NCBI GenBank assembly: GCA_944331915.1
Contig: CALVIR010000003.1
Span: 3,294 to 67,293 of the forward strand
Direction: 5' to 3'
Origin: an uncultured Bacilli bacterium
Lineage (GTDB): Bacteria; Bacillota_I; Bacilli_A; RF39; UBA660
DNA: 64,000 nucleotides
Positions 1 to 9,683 of this stretch are shown here, piece by piece (the first letter of the stretch is position 1; the number at the start of each line of letters is the position of its first letter). The translations under genes and the position numbers were made by a program. Under the pieces are notes generated by a model that worked only from the letters and a program-made list of their open reading frames with translations, ran no database searches and had not been told where the DNA came from.

Positions 1-1627
1 CAACTTTATTGGCATCTACTATATATATTTTTATATTGTTATCAAGTAAATACTTTCTATCTTTAGGATTTATCATAGATATAATATCTTCATCTTTTTT
101 ATTACTGTTTAGTAGGAAGACGCCATTTTTTTTCACTTTATCTAAAAAGCGGAATTTTGTAAGATAACTATCCATAGTACAAACTAGTAATTTAGCTTTT
201 GAAACATAGTAAGTTGATCTAATTGGAGCTTTTGAAAAACGTAAATGACTTAAGGTAACACCACCTGACTTTTTAGAATCGTATTGAAAATATCCTTGGA
301 CATAAGCATCAGTTGCGTCCCCTGTTATTTTCATTAAGTCTTTACAAGCAGACACCATACCATCACTACCATAACCATAGACAAGGAATGAGGTTTGATT
401 TTTATGAGGTAAAGTAAAGTCTTTATCATAAGGAATACTTAAATTAGTCACATCATCATCAATACCAATTGTAAAGTTATGATTTATTGTATCAAGATGT
501 TCATAGATAGCTTTTATCATCGCAGGAGTCGTATTTTTGCTAGATAAGCCATAACGACCACCTACGACTTTAATATCTTTATTAATTGTTTTAATAATAT
601 TAGCAACATCAAGGAATAAAGGTTCACCAGTTGATCCTGCTTCTTTAGTACGATCTAAAACCGCAATCATCCTTACAGTTTTAGGGATGCTTTTAAGAAA
701 ATATTCTCTTGAGAAAGGTCGATATAAATGAACCTCAAGAACACCAACATTTTCCCCATTGTCATTTAAATAATCAACAGTTTCTTTAATAGTTTCACAG
801 ACACTTCCCATTGCAACAATAACTTTAGTAGCGGTTCTTGAACCGTAATAATTAAAGGGAGCATAATTTTTCCCCGTTATTTTATTTATCTTTTGCATAT
901 AATCATTAACTATATCAGGCAATTCTAAATAATATTTATTTCTAACCTCAGTTGCTTGAAAGTAAATATCATCATTTTCACTAGTACCTCTAGTTACTTT
1001 ATTATCAGGATGTAAGCTTCTTTTACGAAAAGCGTCTAGAGCTTTTTTATCAACTAGTTTTTTTAATTTCTCTGTATCTATTACATCGATTTTTTGTAAT
1101 TCATGACTAGTTCTAAAGCCATCAAAAAAGTTAAGAAATGGAACTCTACCTTTAATAGCAGAAAGATGAGCTACTCCAGTTAAGTCCATTACCTCTTGAA
1201 CAGAAGAAGATGCCAAAATAGCAAAACCTGTGGCACGAGTAGCATAAATATCTTGATGATCACCAAAAATAGATAAAGCATGCGTAGCTAAACTTCTAGC
1301 AGCAACATTTATAACACAAGGTAATAATTCACCTGCAATTTTATACATATTAGGAATCATTAGTAAAAGGCCTTGACTAGCTGTATATGTTGTAGTTAGA
1401 CATCCAGCTTGTAAAGAACCATGAACCATACCTGCTGCGCCAGCTTCACTTTCCATTTCCACTACTTTAACAGGTTGATTAAAGTAATTGAGTTTCCCTT
1501 CATTTGCCCATTTATCAGTTAATTCAGCCATAGGTGAAGCCGGTGTTATAGGATAAATTCCTGCTACCTCAGTAAAATTATAAGACACATAACTACAAGC
1601 TTCATTACCATCCATTATTTTTTTCAT
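1..1627 (-). CDS. pyruvate:ferredoxin (flavodoxin) oxidoreductase, N-terminal part (continues past window start)
   Basis: The minus-frame ORF is open to position 1. The N-terminus MKKIMDGNEACSYVSYNFTEVAGIYPITPASPMAE is the canonical PFOR/NifJ start. An AGAGGGA RBS lies 7 nt upstream of the ATG at 1627. Confidence 0.85.
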   Translation of the reverse strand, partial: MKKIMDGNEACSYVSYNFTEVAGIYPITPASPMAELTDKWANEGKLNYFNQPVKVVEMESEAGAAGMVHGSLQAGCLTTTYTASQGLLLMIPNMYKIAGELLPCVINVAARSLATHALSIFGDHQDIYATRATGFAILASSSVQEVMDLTGVAHLSAIKGRVPFLNFFDGFRTSHELQKIDVIDTEKLKKLVDKKALDAFRKRSLHPDNKVTRGTSENDDIYFQATEVRNKYYLELPDIVNDYMQKINKITGKNYAPFNYYGSRTATKVIVAMGSVCETIKETVDYLNDNGENVGVLEVHLYRPFSREYFLKSIPKTVRMIAVLDRTKEAGSTGEPLFLDVANIIKTINKDIKVVGGRYGLSSKNTTPAMIKAIYEHLDTINHNFTIGIDDDVTNLSIPYDKDFTLPHKNQTSFLVYGYGSDGMVSACKDLMKITGDATDAYVQGYFQYDSKKSGGVTLSHLRFSKAPIRSTYYVSKAKLLVCTMDSYLTKFRFLDKVKKNGVFLLNSNKKDEDIISMINPKDRKYLLDNNIKIYIVDANKV

Positions 1628-1980
1628 ATTGTCCCTCTTTTCTATCGTTTAAAATAATTATATAATAAATTTATTTTTTTATCTATTAATTTAGAGAAAA
1701 ATATGCTACAATGTATACATGAAGATTTTCTTCATATATTAAAAATGAATACATCTATCAGAATAGATGCTTTCAAAAAATGTGTTGCATCTAATTCCTA
1801 TAGGAATTAGATGTCTTATTTATTGTAAATCAAAGAGATTACTATAAATAATAATAGGAGGATTATAAAATATAATGAGGTTTCTCTTTTATTCATAGTC
1901 CTTCTCCTTTCTATAATTTTAAAAGCTATAGAAAGCACCTAATTCCAAATAAATGTATTCATAAAGAGTATAACATAAAG

Positions 1981-2010
1981 CCCGTAACTATAATAGTACG
2001 GGTTTTCGTA
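1981..2010. terminator. hairpin (CCCGTA ... TACGGG) flanked by T-runs; likely terminator of 2011..3081, possibly bidirectional
   Basis: The sequence aagcccgtaactataatagtacgggttttcg lies directly after the stop of the minus-strand gene. Confidence 0.45.
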
Positions 2011-3081
2011 TTATGTAAGGGGATTTATCCCTTTCATTTCTATTATCTTTTTATTAACTTTAGGATTAGCAGTTAAACAGTTATAGAAAACAGCATCATT
2101 TTCACTTTTAAAATACCCACTATTTACTCTTCTATCTTCTCTAGACATATTATATACAGCTTTAGATAAAGATGTAAGCGCTAAATCATCAGAAGCTGTA
2201 GACACTAATTCAGGTATCTTTTTACCTGATAGAATTAATATTTCATATTTTGCTGTCAATAGTTCTTCTTTTAACAAATCTTTAAATCTAGTATCACTAG
2301 AAGCAATTTCTTGATATTCTAAGGAAAGTTTAGCAAGTAATTCAGTAGTTTTTTCTTCATCTAAATATTTAGGATTATCAACTCTTGTTTTTCCATCTTC
2401 TAAAATACCATTATCTAACATATGGGCTCTTTTTATTTGTAAGTTTAAAGCAAATAATTCTTGTTCATCATCAAAATCAGTAGCACTTTTATATTTTTCT
2501 TGCTCCTCCTTTAAAATTGTTAAAAGTGGCAAATCACCTTTAGTAACATCTTTAAGAATTAGATGTTGAGCTGTCGCTATTTCTTTTAATAATTCTAAAT
2601 CTTGTTCTTGCAAATTGTATTTTTTTGTTTCTAAATTACAACATACACATTTTAAATTATTATCATCCAAGATAAATTGATGACTGCATGATCCTTTTTC
2701 ATCTCTTGTCTTTTTAAATCTTATTTGTTCAAACAAGATCTTTCTTAAAGCTTTCTCTTTTTTATCTATTGAATTTGTTAAGTCTTTATACCCTTTCAAA
2801 TCAAAATTAGTAGTATAAAGCTTATCAATTATAGTCTCAATTCTAAATAAATCTGCTCCTTTTCTATTTTTCTCAATCTCTAACAAATCTATTAAATAAA
2901 TTTTTTCTTGTAAAGTTAGTTCCATCGTAGAACCTTTTTCCTGCTGCAGCATTCTTGCTCTTGCTTGCTTTAAATCAGAAATTTCTTCTTTTAAATTAAA
3001 ATATTCCTGTTTTACTTTCTCAAAAGTTGTTTTATGACCATGATATGACCTTAAAGTAATAAAATCATCTAATAATTCCAT
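2011..3081 (-). CDS. hypothetical coiled-coil protein
   Basis: A 356-aa ORF that is charged and K/E-rich. It has a CSHQ...CVCC cysteine patch. I recognise no family. Confidence 0.6.
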   Translation of the reverse strand: MELLDDFITLRSYHGHKTTFEKVKQEYFNLKEEISDLKQARARMLQQEKGSTMELTLQEKIYLIDLLEIEKNRKGADLFRIETIIDKLYTTNFDLKGYKDLTNSIDKKEKALRKILFEQIRFKKTRDEKGSCSHQFILDDNNLKCVCCNLETKKYNLQEQDLELLKEIATAQHLILKDVTKGDLPLLTILKEEQEKYKSATDFDDEQELFALNLQIKRAHMLDNGILEDGKTRVDNPKYLDEEKTTELLAKLSLEYQEIASSDTRFKDLLKEELLTAKYEILILSGKKIPELVSTASDDLALTSLSKAVYNMSREDRRVNSGYFKSENDAVFYNCLTANPKVNKKIIEMKGINPLT

Positions 3082-3219
3082 AAATACCTCTCTTTCACCT
3101 CAATTATATAACAGAAAGATAATATATGACAATTTAAATTATTTAATGAATTTTCGTATATTTCTTACCATATTAAATAATTAGGGGTATAATTAAAGTA
3201 ATAGAAAAGGAGGCCCAAA

Positions 3220-3870
3220 ATGAGAAAAATAACTATCCCTAAATATAGTTTAGGAGAAGAAATAATTAATGCTATATCACATGGTTTAGGCGTTTTATTA
3301 GGTATAACTGCTCTTATTTTAACTATTATCTTTGCTGCTAAAAATAATAATACTATTGGTATTGTATCTGCTTGTATTTATGGCTCTACAATGATAATTA
3401 TGTATTTAATGAGTTGTTTATATCATTCTCTAAGTCCTAGATTAAAAGCCAAAAAAGTATTTAGGGTTATTGATCACTGTGATATTTATATTTTTATAGC
3501 AGGATGTTATACGCCTTACTGTTTAAGTCTAATCAAAGGTACAGAAGGTATAATCATCTTTATTATTATCTGGCTTAGTGCTATTATTGGCGTTTTATTA
3601 AATGCAATTAATCTTGAAAAGTTTCAAATACCATCAACGGCTATGTACTTAATAATGGGCTGGTTAATTATCTTTTCTTATAACGATATTAAAAGTCTTT
3701 TACCAAGTACAGGTCTAAATCTTTTAATCGGTGGCGGTGTTATTTATACAATTGGAGCGATACTATATGGAATAGGTTCTAAAAGAAAATATTTTCACTC
3801 CGTCTTTCATTTTTTTGTCTTAGCAGGATCAGTCTTTCACTTTTTTAGTATTTTATTATATGTTATGTAA
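3220..3870 (+). CDS. hemolysin III family (PAQR/YqfA-type) channel protein
   Basis: A 216-aa 7-TM protein. The motifs ISHGLG..., SCLYHSLSP and KVFRVIDHCDIYIFIAGCYTPY are typical of HlyIII. Confidence 0.8.
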   Translation: MRKITIPKYSLGEEIINAISHGLGVLLGITALILTIIFAAKNNNTIGIVSACIYGSTMIIMYLMSCLYHSLSPRLKAKKVFRVIDHCDIYIFIAGCYTPYCLSLIKGTEGIIIFIIIWLSAIIGVLLNAINLEKFQIPSTAMYLIMGWLIIFSYNDIKSLLPSTGLNLLIGGGVIYTIGAILYGIGSKRKYFHSVFHFFVLAGSVFHFFSILLYVM

Positions 3871-5152
3871 AGACTAATCTTCTTAAATAGTCAACGCTAG
3901 TATTATTAAAAAACGTATAGCGAGGTATTTTATAGGGATCAATTCCTGGTTTTATTTTAGTACCTCCCCCTATAAAGGCCATTTCAAATCCTGCTTCTTT
4001 CACTAAGTTAATAGAATAATCACTATATTCAAAGAAAGGAAAACAGAAAGCTTTAGTATTATTTAATGTTGCTCTACTATTTTTTAAATCAGTTAAAATT
4101 GTCTCTTCATCTAAACAGTTAATGCCTCCACCTTGACCAGTTGGACAAACACCTGTTGTGTGCATATCATGAGTATGACTTGCTATTTCTAAATATGGAG
4201 ATGAAAACTTACTAACGGGATACCAAGAACTAACTAAAAATAAAGTTGCATTTAACTGATATTTCTCTAAGAAAGGAATAAAGTTTTCCGCTCTTGCACC
4301 ATCATCTATCGTAATTAAAATAGATTTTTTTGGTAACCTTATTTCTTCTTTTATAAAACTTAAAACCTCATCTGTATTTAAAGTAAAGACATCATTGTCA
4401 TGTAAAAACTTGAAATGACTATCTATCTGCTCTTCACTATGACAAATAGTCTCATTACAAGAAGGATCACCATTTAAATAAATAAAGTGATATAAAATAG
4501 CAGGTAGCTCTTTAGCAATTAAATCTATATTAGTATCTTCTAATTCAGTTGTCGTATTAACACTTTCTTTTTTTACATAAACTAGATTAGATAATAACTT
4601 AATTCCATAATAATTTTCATTATTAATAATAACTTTAGCAGTAATAGGATTATCAAGACTAAAGAGTTCATTACCGTTTTTATCATAGAATATAGTATTA
4701 CTGTCAGTCGTAATTTCTAAAGGAAACTCTAAATAATTTAAATATCTCTTATCATTAGAAATGTCAGTCTTTTCAACATCATCATAAGAAAGATAGTAAT
4801 CAGTATCTAATATTTTAAAGTATTCATTTTCTAAACTAGGATTTGCTATTTGTTCTAACTCAACAATTACATCTTTATTTATAGAACCTGCTGCTATATA
4901 ACTATCATTATCTTTTCTATATATTGTAGCATTATCTGAGACTTTGACAGTACTATTATAATTATTCTTAATCCCTGCAAGCTTTTCTTCCCTCGCCGTT
5001 AATTCTTGACGTCTATTTATAATATCAAGAGTTTGTTCTTCCCGCGTCTTTAAATCAGTTATAATATAAGCGCCACAAAGAATAGTTATAACAACACCTA
5101 TAAGTACAATCATGCTTATTACTTTAAAATTTATCCTCATCAACACCACCAT
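3863..5152 (-). CDS. membrane-anchored polysaccharide deacetylase (NodB-homology domain)
   Basis: N-terminal TM segment. The C-terminal domain has the motifs ILITIDDGARAENFIPFLEKYQLNATLFLV and HTHDMHTTGVCP. Confidence 0.7.
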   Translation of the reverse strand: MVVLMRINFKVISMIVLIGVVITILCGAYIITDLKTREEQTLDIINRRQELTAREEKLAGIKNNYNSTVKVSDNATIYRKDNDSYIAAGSINKDVIVELEQIANPSLENEYFKILDTDYYLSYDDVEKTDISNDKRYLNYLEFPLEITTDSNTIFYDKNGNELFSLDNPITAKVIINNENYYGIKLLSNLVYVKKESVNTTTELEDTNIDLIAKELPAILYHFIYLNGDPSCNETICHSEEQIDSHFKFLHDNDVFTLNTDEVLSFIKEEIRLPKKSILITIDDGARAENFIPFLEKYQLNATLFLVSSWYPVSKFSSPYLEIASHTHDMHTTGVCPTGQGGGINCLDEETILTDLKNSRATLNNTKAFCFPFFEYSDYSINLVKEAGFEMAFIGGGTKIKPGIDPYKIPRYTFFNNTSVDYLRRLVFT

Positions 5153-5259
5153 ACTTTATATAATCATACCCTAATATGATTATTTTTTAAAGTAGATTTT
5201 GAAGACAAAATAGAACATATTCCAAATTTAGTAAACATATACTTAATTAAGGTGATGTC

Positions 5260-5859
5260 ATGGATTCTTATATAACCTCATTAATGGTCAATTTAGGCTA
5301 TTTAGGGATGTTTTTAGGCATGGTTCTTGAGGCAGTAATAATTATTATTCCTAGTGAGTTAATATTAGCGACAGCAGGAATACTTGCAGGACAAGGAATA
5401 TTTTCTTTTTCTTTAGCGTTCTTAATAGGAATATTAGGTAGTGTTTTTTGTGCAATTGTTATTTATGCAATGGGATATTTTGGAGGAAGAAAGTTTATTC
5501 AAACTTATGGTAAGTTCTTTTTTATGAAAGAAGAAGATATTGATAAATGTGATAGATGGTTTAATAAGTATGGGCTAGTAGCAGCTTTTATTGGAAGAAA
5601 TTTTCCTATTATTAGAACCCTTATTTCCCTACCAATGGGAGTTAGTAAAGTACCGTTTATTAAGTTTGTAATTTATACAACTTTAGGTAGTATTCCTTGG
5701 ACTTTTGCTTTTGTTTATGTCGGCTATGCTTTAGGTAATAACTGGATTATCTTAGATAATTTTGTTAAAAAATTAAAAGTACCTATTTATATATTATTAG
5801 GAGTATTAGTTATTACATATTTATATAAGAAGCTAAAAGAGAAGAAGATGTCGAAATAA
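5260..5859 (+). CDS. DedA/TVP38 family membrane protein
   Basis: The core GYFGGRKFIQ...WFNKYGLVAAFIGRNFPIIRTLISLPMGVSKVPFIKF is typical of DedA proteins. Confidence 0.75.
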   Translation: MDSYITSLMVNLGYLGMFLGMVLEAVIIIIPSELILATAGILAGQGIFSFSLAFLIGILGSVFCAIVIYAMGYFGGRKFIQTYGKFFFMKEEDIDKCDRWFNKYGLVAAFIGRNFPIIRTLISLPMGVSKVPFIKFVIYTTLGSIPWTFAFVYVGYALGNNWIILDNFVKKLKVPIYILLGVLVITYLYKKLKEKKMSK

Positions 5860-5862
5860 AGA

Positions 5863-7452
5863 TTACTGTACTGTGTATGGATTATCCATAGTTCCAGAAC
5901 CACTTAAGATAACATCACTATTTAAATTGATAACGGGCCTTATTCCATCTGAATTCAATTGGGTACTAAAAATGAAAATAATATGCAAGGCATCTAATTG
6001 ATCCCAAATAGTAGGAACATTATTACGGAAATCCGCAGGAGTCATGGTATAGTACCTGAAATTATCAACACTAAGATAACTATCACTTGTAACCTCCAAA
6101 TTCTCTCCTGAAAAGATTAACTCATCGACTGTTATTAAACCAGCTTTAAGTTTATAACTACCACCATAACTTTCATTAGTATTAGGGCATATTAAAGTTG
6201 GAGAAATGTCTTCACCCTTCCCATCAACAAGTTGATGAATTCTATCATAACTACTAAAGCCCATATAATCTCTATTTATACCATAGTCTTTAACAGCAGT
6301 ATAACCACTACTATCACTACAAAATCTTCCTTCTATTACTTTATCATCATAAGCATTATTTTTTCCTAAAGTATTGTTATACCAGGTATCGACTTCTTTT
6401 TTAATAAAACTATCTACACCATTATCATAGGTATATCCTGTATATTTTGGATCATCATAGATTAAGTTATAAGGAGCAAATCCTATTATATATGAGGTAG
6501 CTAAGTCATTGTCATTAATACTTGTATTTGTCCCATTATAAATTAATCTTAGGCTACCATCACCATTTACTCTTACTATTTTCCAGTACATATCATCCCC
6601 ACTAGATGCTAACTTTATTTTATTACTTTCAGTACAATTAGAATTATATTCTTGACAACTCTCTAAACTTTGAAAATAACTATCATAATAATTATAGACA
6701 TAATAATCTTCATCATATTTACCAAATTTAATATTATTGTTGTCTATACTACCACGGAAATAATAACTTACTCCATCTTCATCGATGGCTTTGTATACTC
6801 CAGGTGTTATATAATTTGGATCAACGGTATCTGCGCCAAATTTCATACCGTTACTTGCATAATTAAACATATTATCTTTTGATACTTGAACTTTATTATC
6901 CACTAATATCTTATCTAAAGTACTAGCATTATACTTTACAAATAAATGGCCATTACTAGGTAGATTTAAATCATTATAATCTAGTCCCACACCTACTCCT
7001 AAAGGAATAGTAATTTCATTGTCACTAGTATTTCTTACTTTTATCTTATAAGTATTGCTACTACTAATTGTCCCTTGTTTTTCTAGATTAATTCCTGGTT
7101 CTTCTGGAGGAGTATTAAAATTAGCTTCTTCAAGGTAACCAAGTTCAATCTCAGAAGATAAATCACCTATATAATAAAAGTTAAATCTTGCTATTCTACT
7201 ATTAGGATTAGATAATGTAATAATAAATTCTTTAATACTATTGGCAGGAACTACAAGACTTTCAGTACTAACATTATCTACTTTTAAGTCATAACTTAGT
7301 GTTCCTGTGACAATACTTATGGCATTACTCTTTTCTTTTGTTACTGTAAACATTGCATAAGAAAAGTAACTTGTTAATAGTAGCAAAGTTATTAATATTA
7401 CACTTATTATATATATTTTTGATATCTTAGTATTCAATAATATTCTTTTCAT
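5863..7452 (-). CDS. surface-protein family member 1: TasA/SipW-cognate-like N-domain plus C-terminal 'GIRPVINL...GSGTMDNPY' domain
   Basis: N-terminus MKRILLNTKISKIY...SYFSYAMFTVTKEKSNAISIVTG resembles the SipW-cognate signal class. It shares the LGVGVGLDYNDLNLPSNGHLF core with the other copies. The C-terminal half is homologous to copy 4. Confidence 0.8.
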   Translation of the reverse strand: MKRILLNTKISKIYIISVILITLLLLTSYFSYAMFTVTKEKSNAISIVTGTLSYDLKVDNVSTESLVVPANSIKEFIITLSNPNSRIARFNFYYIGDLSSEIELGYLEEANFNTPPEEPGINLEKQGTISSSNTYKIKVRNTSDNEITIPLGVGVGLDYNDLNLPSNGHLFVKYNASTLDKILVDNKVQVSKDNMFNYASNGMKFGADTVDPNYITPGVYKAIDEDGVSYYFRGSIDNNNIKFGKYDEDYYVYNYYDSYFQSLESCQEYNSNCTESNKIKLASSGDDMYWKIVRVNGDGSLRLIYNGTNTSINDNDLATSYIIGFAPYNLIYDDPKYTGYTYDNGVDSFIKKEVDTWYNNTLGKNNAYDDKVIEGRFCSDSSGYTAVKDYGINRDYMGFSSYDRIHQLVDGKGEDISPTLICPNTNESYGGSYKLKAGLITVDELIFSGENLEVTSDSYLSVDNFRYYTMTPADFRNNVPTIWDQLDALHIIFIFSTQLNSDGIRPVINLNSDVILSGSGTMDNPYTVQ

Positions 7453-7690
7453 CTTCTACTCCTTATCAATTATCTTGACATTAATTATAGTTTACCCTAT
7501 TTCTTTAATTTTATGTGCTGGCTATATAACCAATTTACACCATGAAAAAGAACAGAATACTCCTATCCTGTCCTTATTGTATGATTAAAGAAGGTACTTA
7601 AGCTTCTAAAGTACCCCCCCCCCAGGTAACTTGTTGTAAACCGGATGTTCTTGTCATTTCATACCTTCTTTCTATTTTTTATTAACTTAA
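7453..7690 (-). promoter_or_regulatory. family leader cassette (copy 1): uORF with a C10/G10 tract (7614..7623), hairpin 7548..7575, plus an ~80-bp insert shared with copy 6
   Basis: A conserved ~160-bp element recurs 5' of all seven paralogs. The uORF MTRTSGLQQVTWGGGTLEA spans 7598..7657. Confidence 0.6.
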
Positions 7691-7723
7691 TAGTAACATA
7701 ATTAATGAATTATTACAATAGAT

Positions 7724-9493
7724 TTAATTACCGGCATTTAATACAAGACGAAAAGAACCATTATAACGACCTGAACTTATATAATTGTAATAATGAAAAA
7801 TTCCAGCATCAGTTTTGTCACCATAATAACCACCTCTAACAATCCAAGGGTATGCTGAATTGACCATTGTCCATGAATCGTTATACCAATTGTTAGTTTC
7901 ACTTAAAGCATGGGATAAACAAATTTTACCAGAACATGCGGTATTAGTATTGTCGCTTGTATATTGATCATAATATTTAGAGTCTATTATAATATTTTCC
8001 ATACCAATTCCGTTATAATTTGCCATTATAAATTCCCAGGCTCCACCTGACATATCATAGATTCCATAAATATTTCCAGTTGTTGAAGAGCCAGTACCAT
8101 TAATATCTATATCATAAGTATAATGACAACCATAATCAGTATTACCATTGCTTGGTTCTCCATAACTGCATCCAGTTATATATTGATCACTTTTATTTTG
8201 ATAAATCTCTTTATTAGCATTACTAAAATCGGTATTACCTAGTTTTCCATATCGACTTTGGGATAAGTAGGCTACTGTTGCCCATTCACTATTCTTCATC
8301 ATATGTGTATCTACACTACTACTAAATCCATATCTATTTCCTGTATCATTCATTTTTATTGATACATTAAAAGCATTACTTATACTTATATTTCTCCAAC
8401 TTATCACATTAGGTTTAATTATTGGATCTAAAGTAGTTGTATCTCCTCCTCCATATTCTGCATCAGGATTACTACTACTTGTTTCAAATTTTCCTACCCA
8501 GATTCCTGATAGTTCTTCATCACCAAAAGTAAAAGCATCTGGGGTATACCAACTATTACTATTCATTCCTTCATTTATATTATATCTAGCAGTTCCCTTT
8601 TCTTTGACATTTACTCTAACAAATTTTATATCTATCTCTCCTGGTAAAGCTTGAGTTGGAGAATTACTCTCACATGCTACTTGTCTACCATAGTAATTTG
8701 TTCCATCAATACTTGCTATAGAATAACTATATCGTGGTATCCATACCCACATAGTCTCTATATCATCCATATTTATTACAGTTCCTACACTAGCACTCTT
8801 ATAGCTCTCTCTTGTACTACTACTGACAGTTACAGCATTAGCCCATTTCTGTTCACTATAATTATACCAATCATTATTAGTATTATTTGTATCCGCTTTG
8901 ACCCAGTTGTTATCAACATATTTTACGGCAATCATATTACTATCTAACTCTGGAGCATTTACATTTTGACCATATTCTAAAAAAGAATGTTCATCAGTTG
9001 CTAAACTAAGATCATTATAATCAAGTCCCACACTTACTCCTAAAGTTATTGTTTGTTCCTTACTGCCATCATTATATATTACAATTTTATAAGTCTCAGT
9101 TGATCCTATTGTTCCAGTTATTTCTAGATTTACTCCAGTCTCTTCTGGTGGTTTTACACTTTCACAATCTATAATATAACCAGCTTCTACATTCGCATCT
9201 AAATTACCTTTATAATATAAATTAAATCTTGCTATTCTATTATTAGGATTAGTTAAAGTAACAAGAAATGTTTTTTCTTCTTTTGGTCCTATGACTAATT
9301 TATCTGAACTTACTCCATCTACTTTTAAGTCATAAGTTAGATTTCCTGTTACAATACTTATCGCATTACTTTTTTCTTTTGTTACTGTAAACATCGCATA
9401 GGAAAAGTAACTTGCTAATAGTAAGAAACTAATTAATACTGTACATAAAACATATATCTTTGATATCTTAGTATTTAATAATATTCTTCTCAT
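7724..9493 (-). CDS. surface-protein family member 2: TasA-like N-domain plus FGE-sulfatase-like C-domain
   Basis: The C-terminus carries FGE/SUMF1-like motifs: GIYDMSGGAWEF (compare GLYNxxGNxWEW), RGGYYGD (compare KGGSY) and SFRLV (compare GFRCA). Confidence 0.8.
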   Translation of the reverse strand: MRRILLNTKISKIYVLCTVLISFLLLASYFSYAMFTVTKEKSNAISIVTGNLTYDLKVDGVSSDKLVIGPKEEKTFLVTLTNPNNRIARFNLYYKGNLDANVEAGYIIDCESVKPPEETGVNLEITGTIGSTETYKIVIYNDGSKEQTITLGVSVGLDYNDLSLATDEHSFLEYGQNVNAPELDSNMIAVKYVDNNWVKADTNNTNNDWYNYSEQKWANAVTVSSSTRESYKSASVGTVINMDDIETMWVWIPRYSYSIASIDGTNYYGRQVACESNSPTQALPGEIDIKFVRVNVKEKGTARYNINEGMNSNSWYTPDAFTFGDEELSGIWVGKFETSSSNPDAEYGGGDTTTLDPIIKPNVISWRNISISNAFNVSIKMNDTGNRYGFSSSVDTHMMKNSEWATVAYLSQSRYGKLGNTDFSNANKEIYQNKSDQYITGCSYGEPSNGNTDYGCHYTYDIDINGTGSSTTGNIYGIYDMSGGAWEFIMANYNGIGMENIIIDSKYYDQYTSDNTNTACSGKICLSHALSETNNWYNDSWTMVNSAYPWIVRGGYYGDKTDAGIFHYYNYISSGRYNGSFRLVLNAGN

Positions 9494-9650
9494 TATTTAC
9501 TCCCTTCATTTAACCACCAAAAAGAACAGAATACTACTATCCTGTTCTTATTATATGATTAAAGAAGGTACTTAAGCTTCTAAAGTACCCCCCCCCAGGT
9601 AACCATTTGTAAACGGGTGTTAGTTCTCATTTTCATACCTTCTTTCTACT
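9494..9650 (-). promoter_or_regulatory. family leader cassette (copy 2): C9 tract 9588..9596
   Basis: Identical to the copy 3 cassette. Confidence 0.6.
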
Positions 9651-9683
9651 CTAACTAAAAGTTAACATACAAATAGCAAAATG

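Noticed and set aside
6670-6882. Short plus-strand ORFs inside the minus-strand surface-protein genes (6670..6882, 8651..8947, 10354..10620, 10647..10913, 12391..12576, 16122..16376, 17364..17588, 22997..23239, 28275..28466, 29088..29276, 30349..30537 and similar)
   Set aside because: They are antisense to long, well-supported genes. They are low-complexity and I/L/S/F-rich, as expected from AT-rich antisense frames, and they lack an RBS. I treat them as spurious.
7614-7623. The poly-C/poly-G runs taken as sequencing artefacts or as parts of tRNA or CRISPR elements
   Set aside because: The runs occur at the same position in seven independently placed copies with conserved flanks. No CRISPR repeat-spacer periodicity or tRNA cloverleaf is present. 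They are better explained as a genuine conserved homopolymer, although read-level confirmation is still needed.
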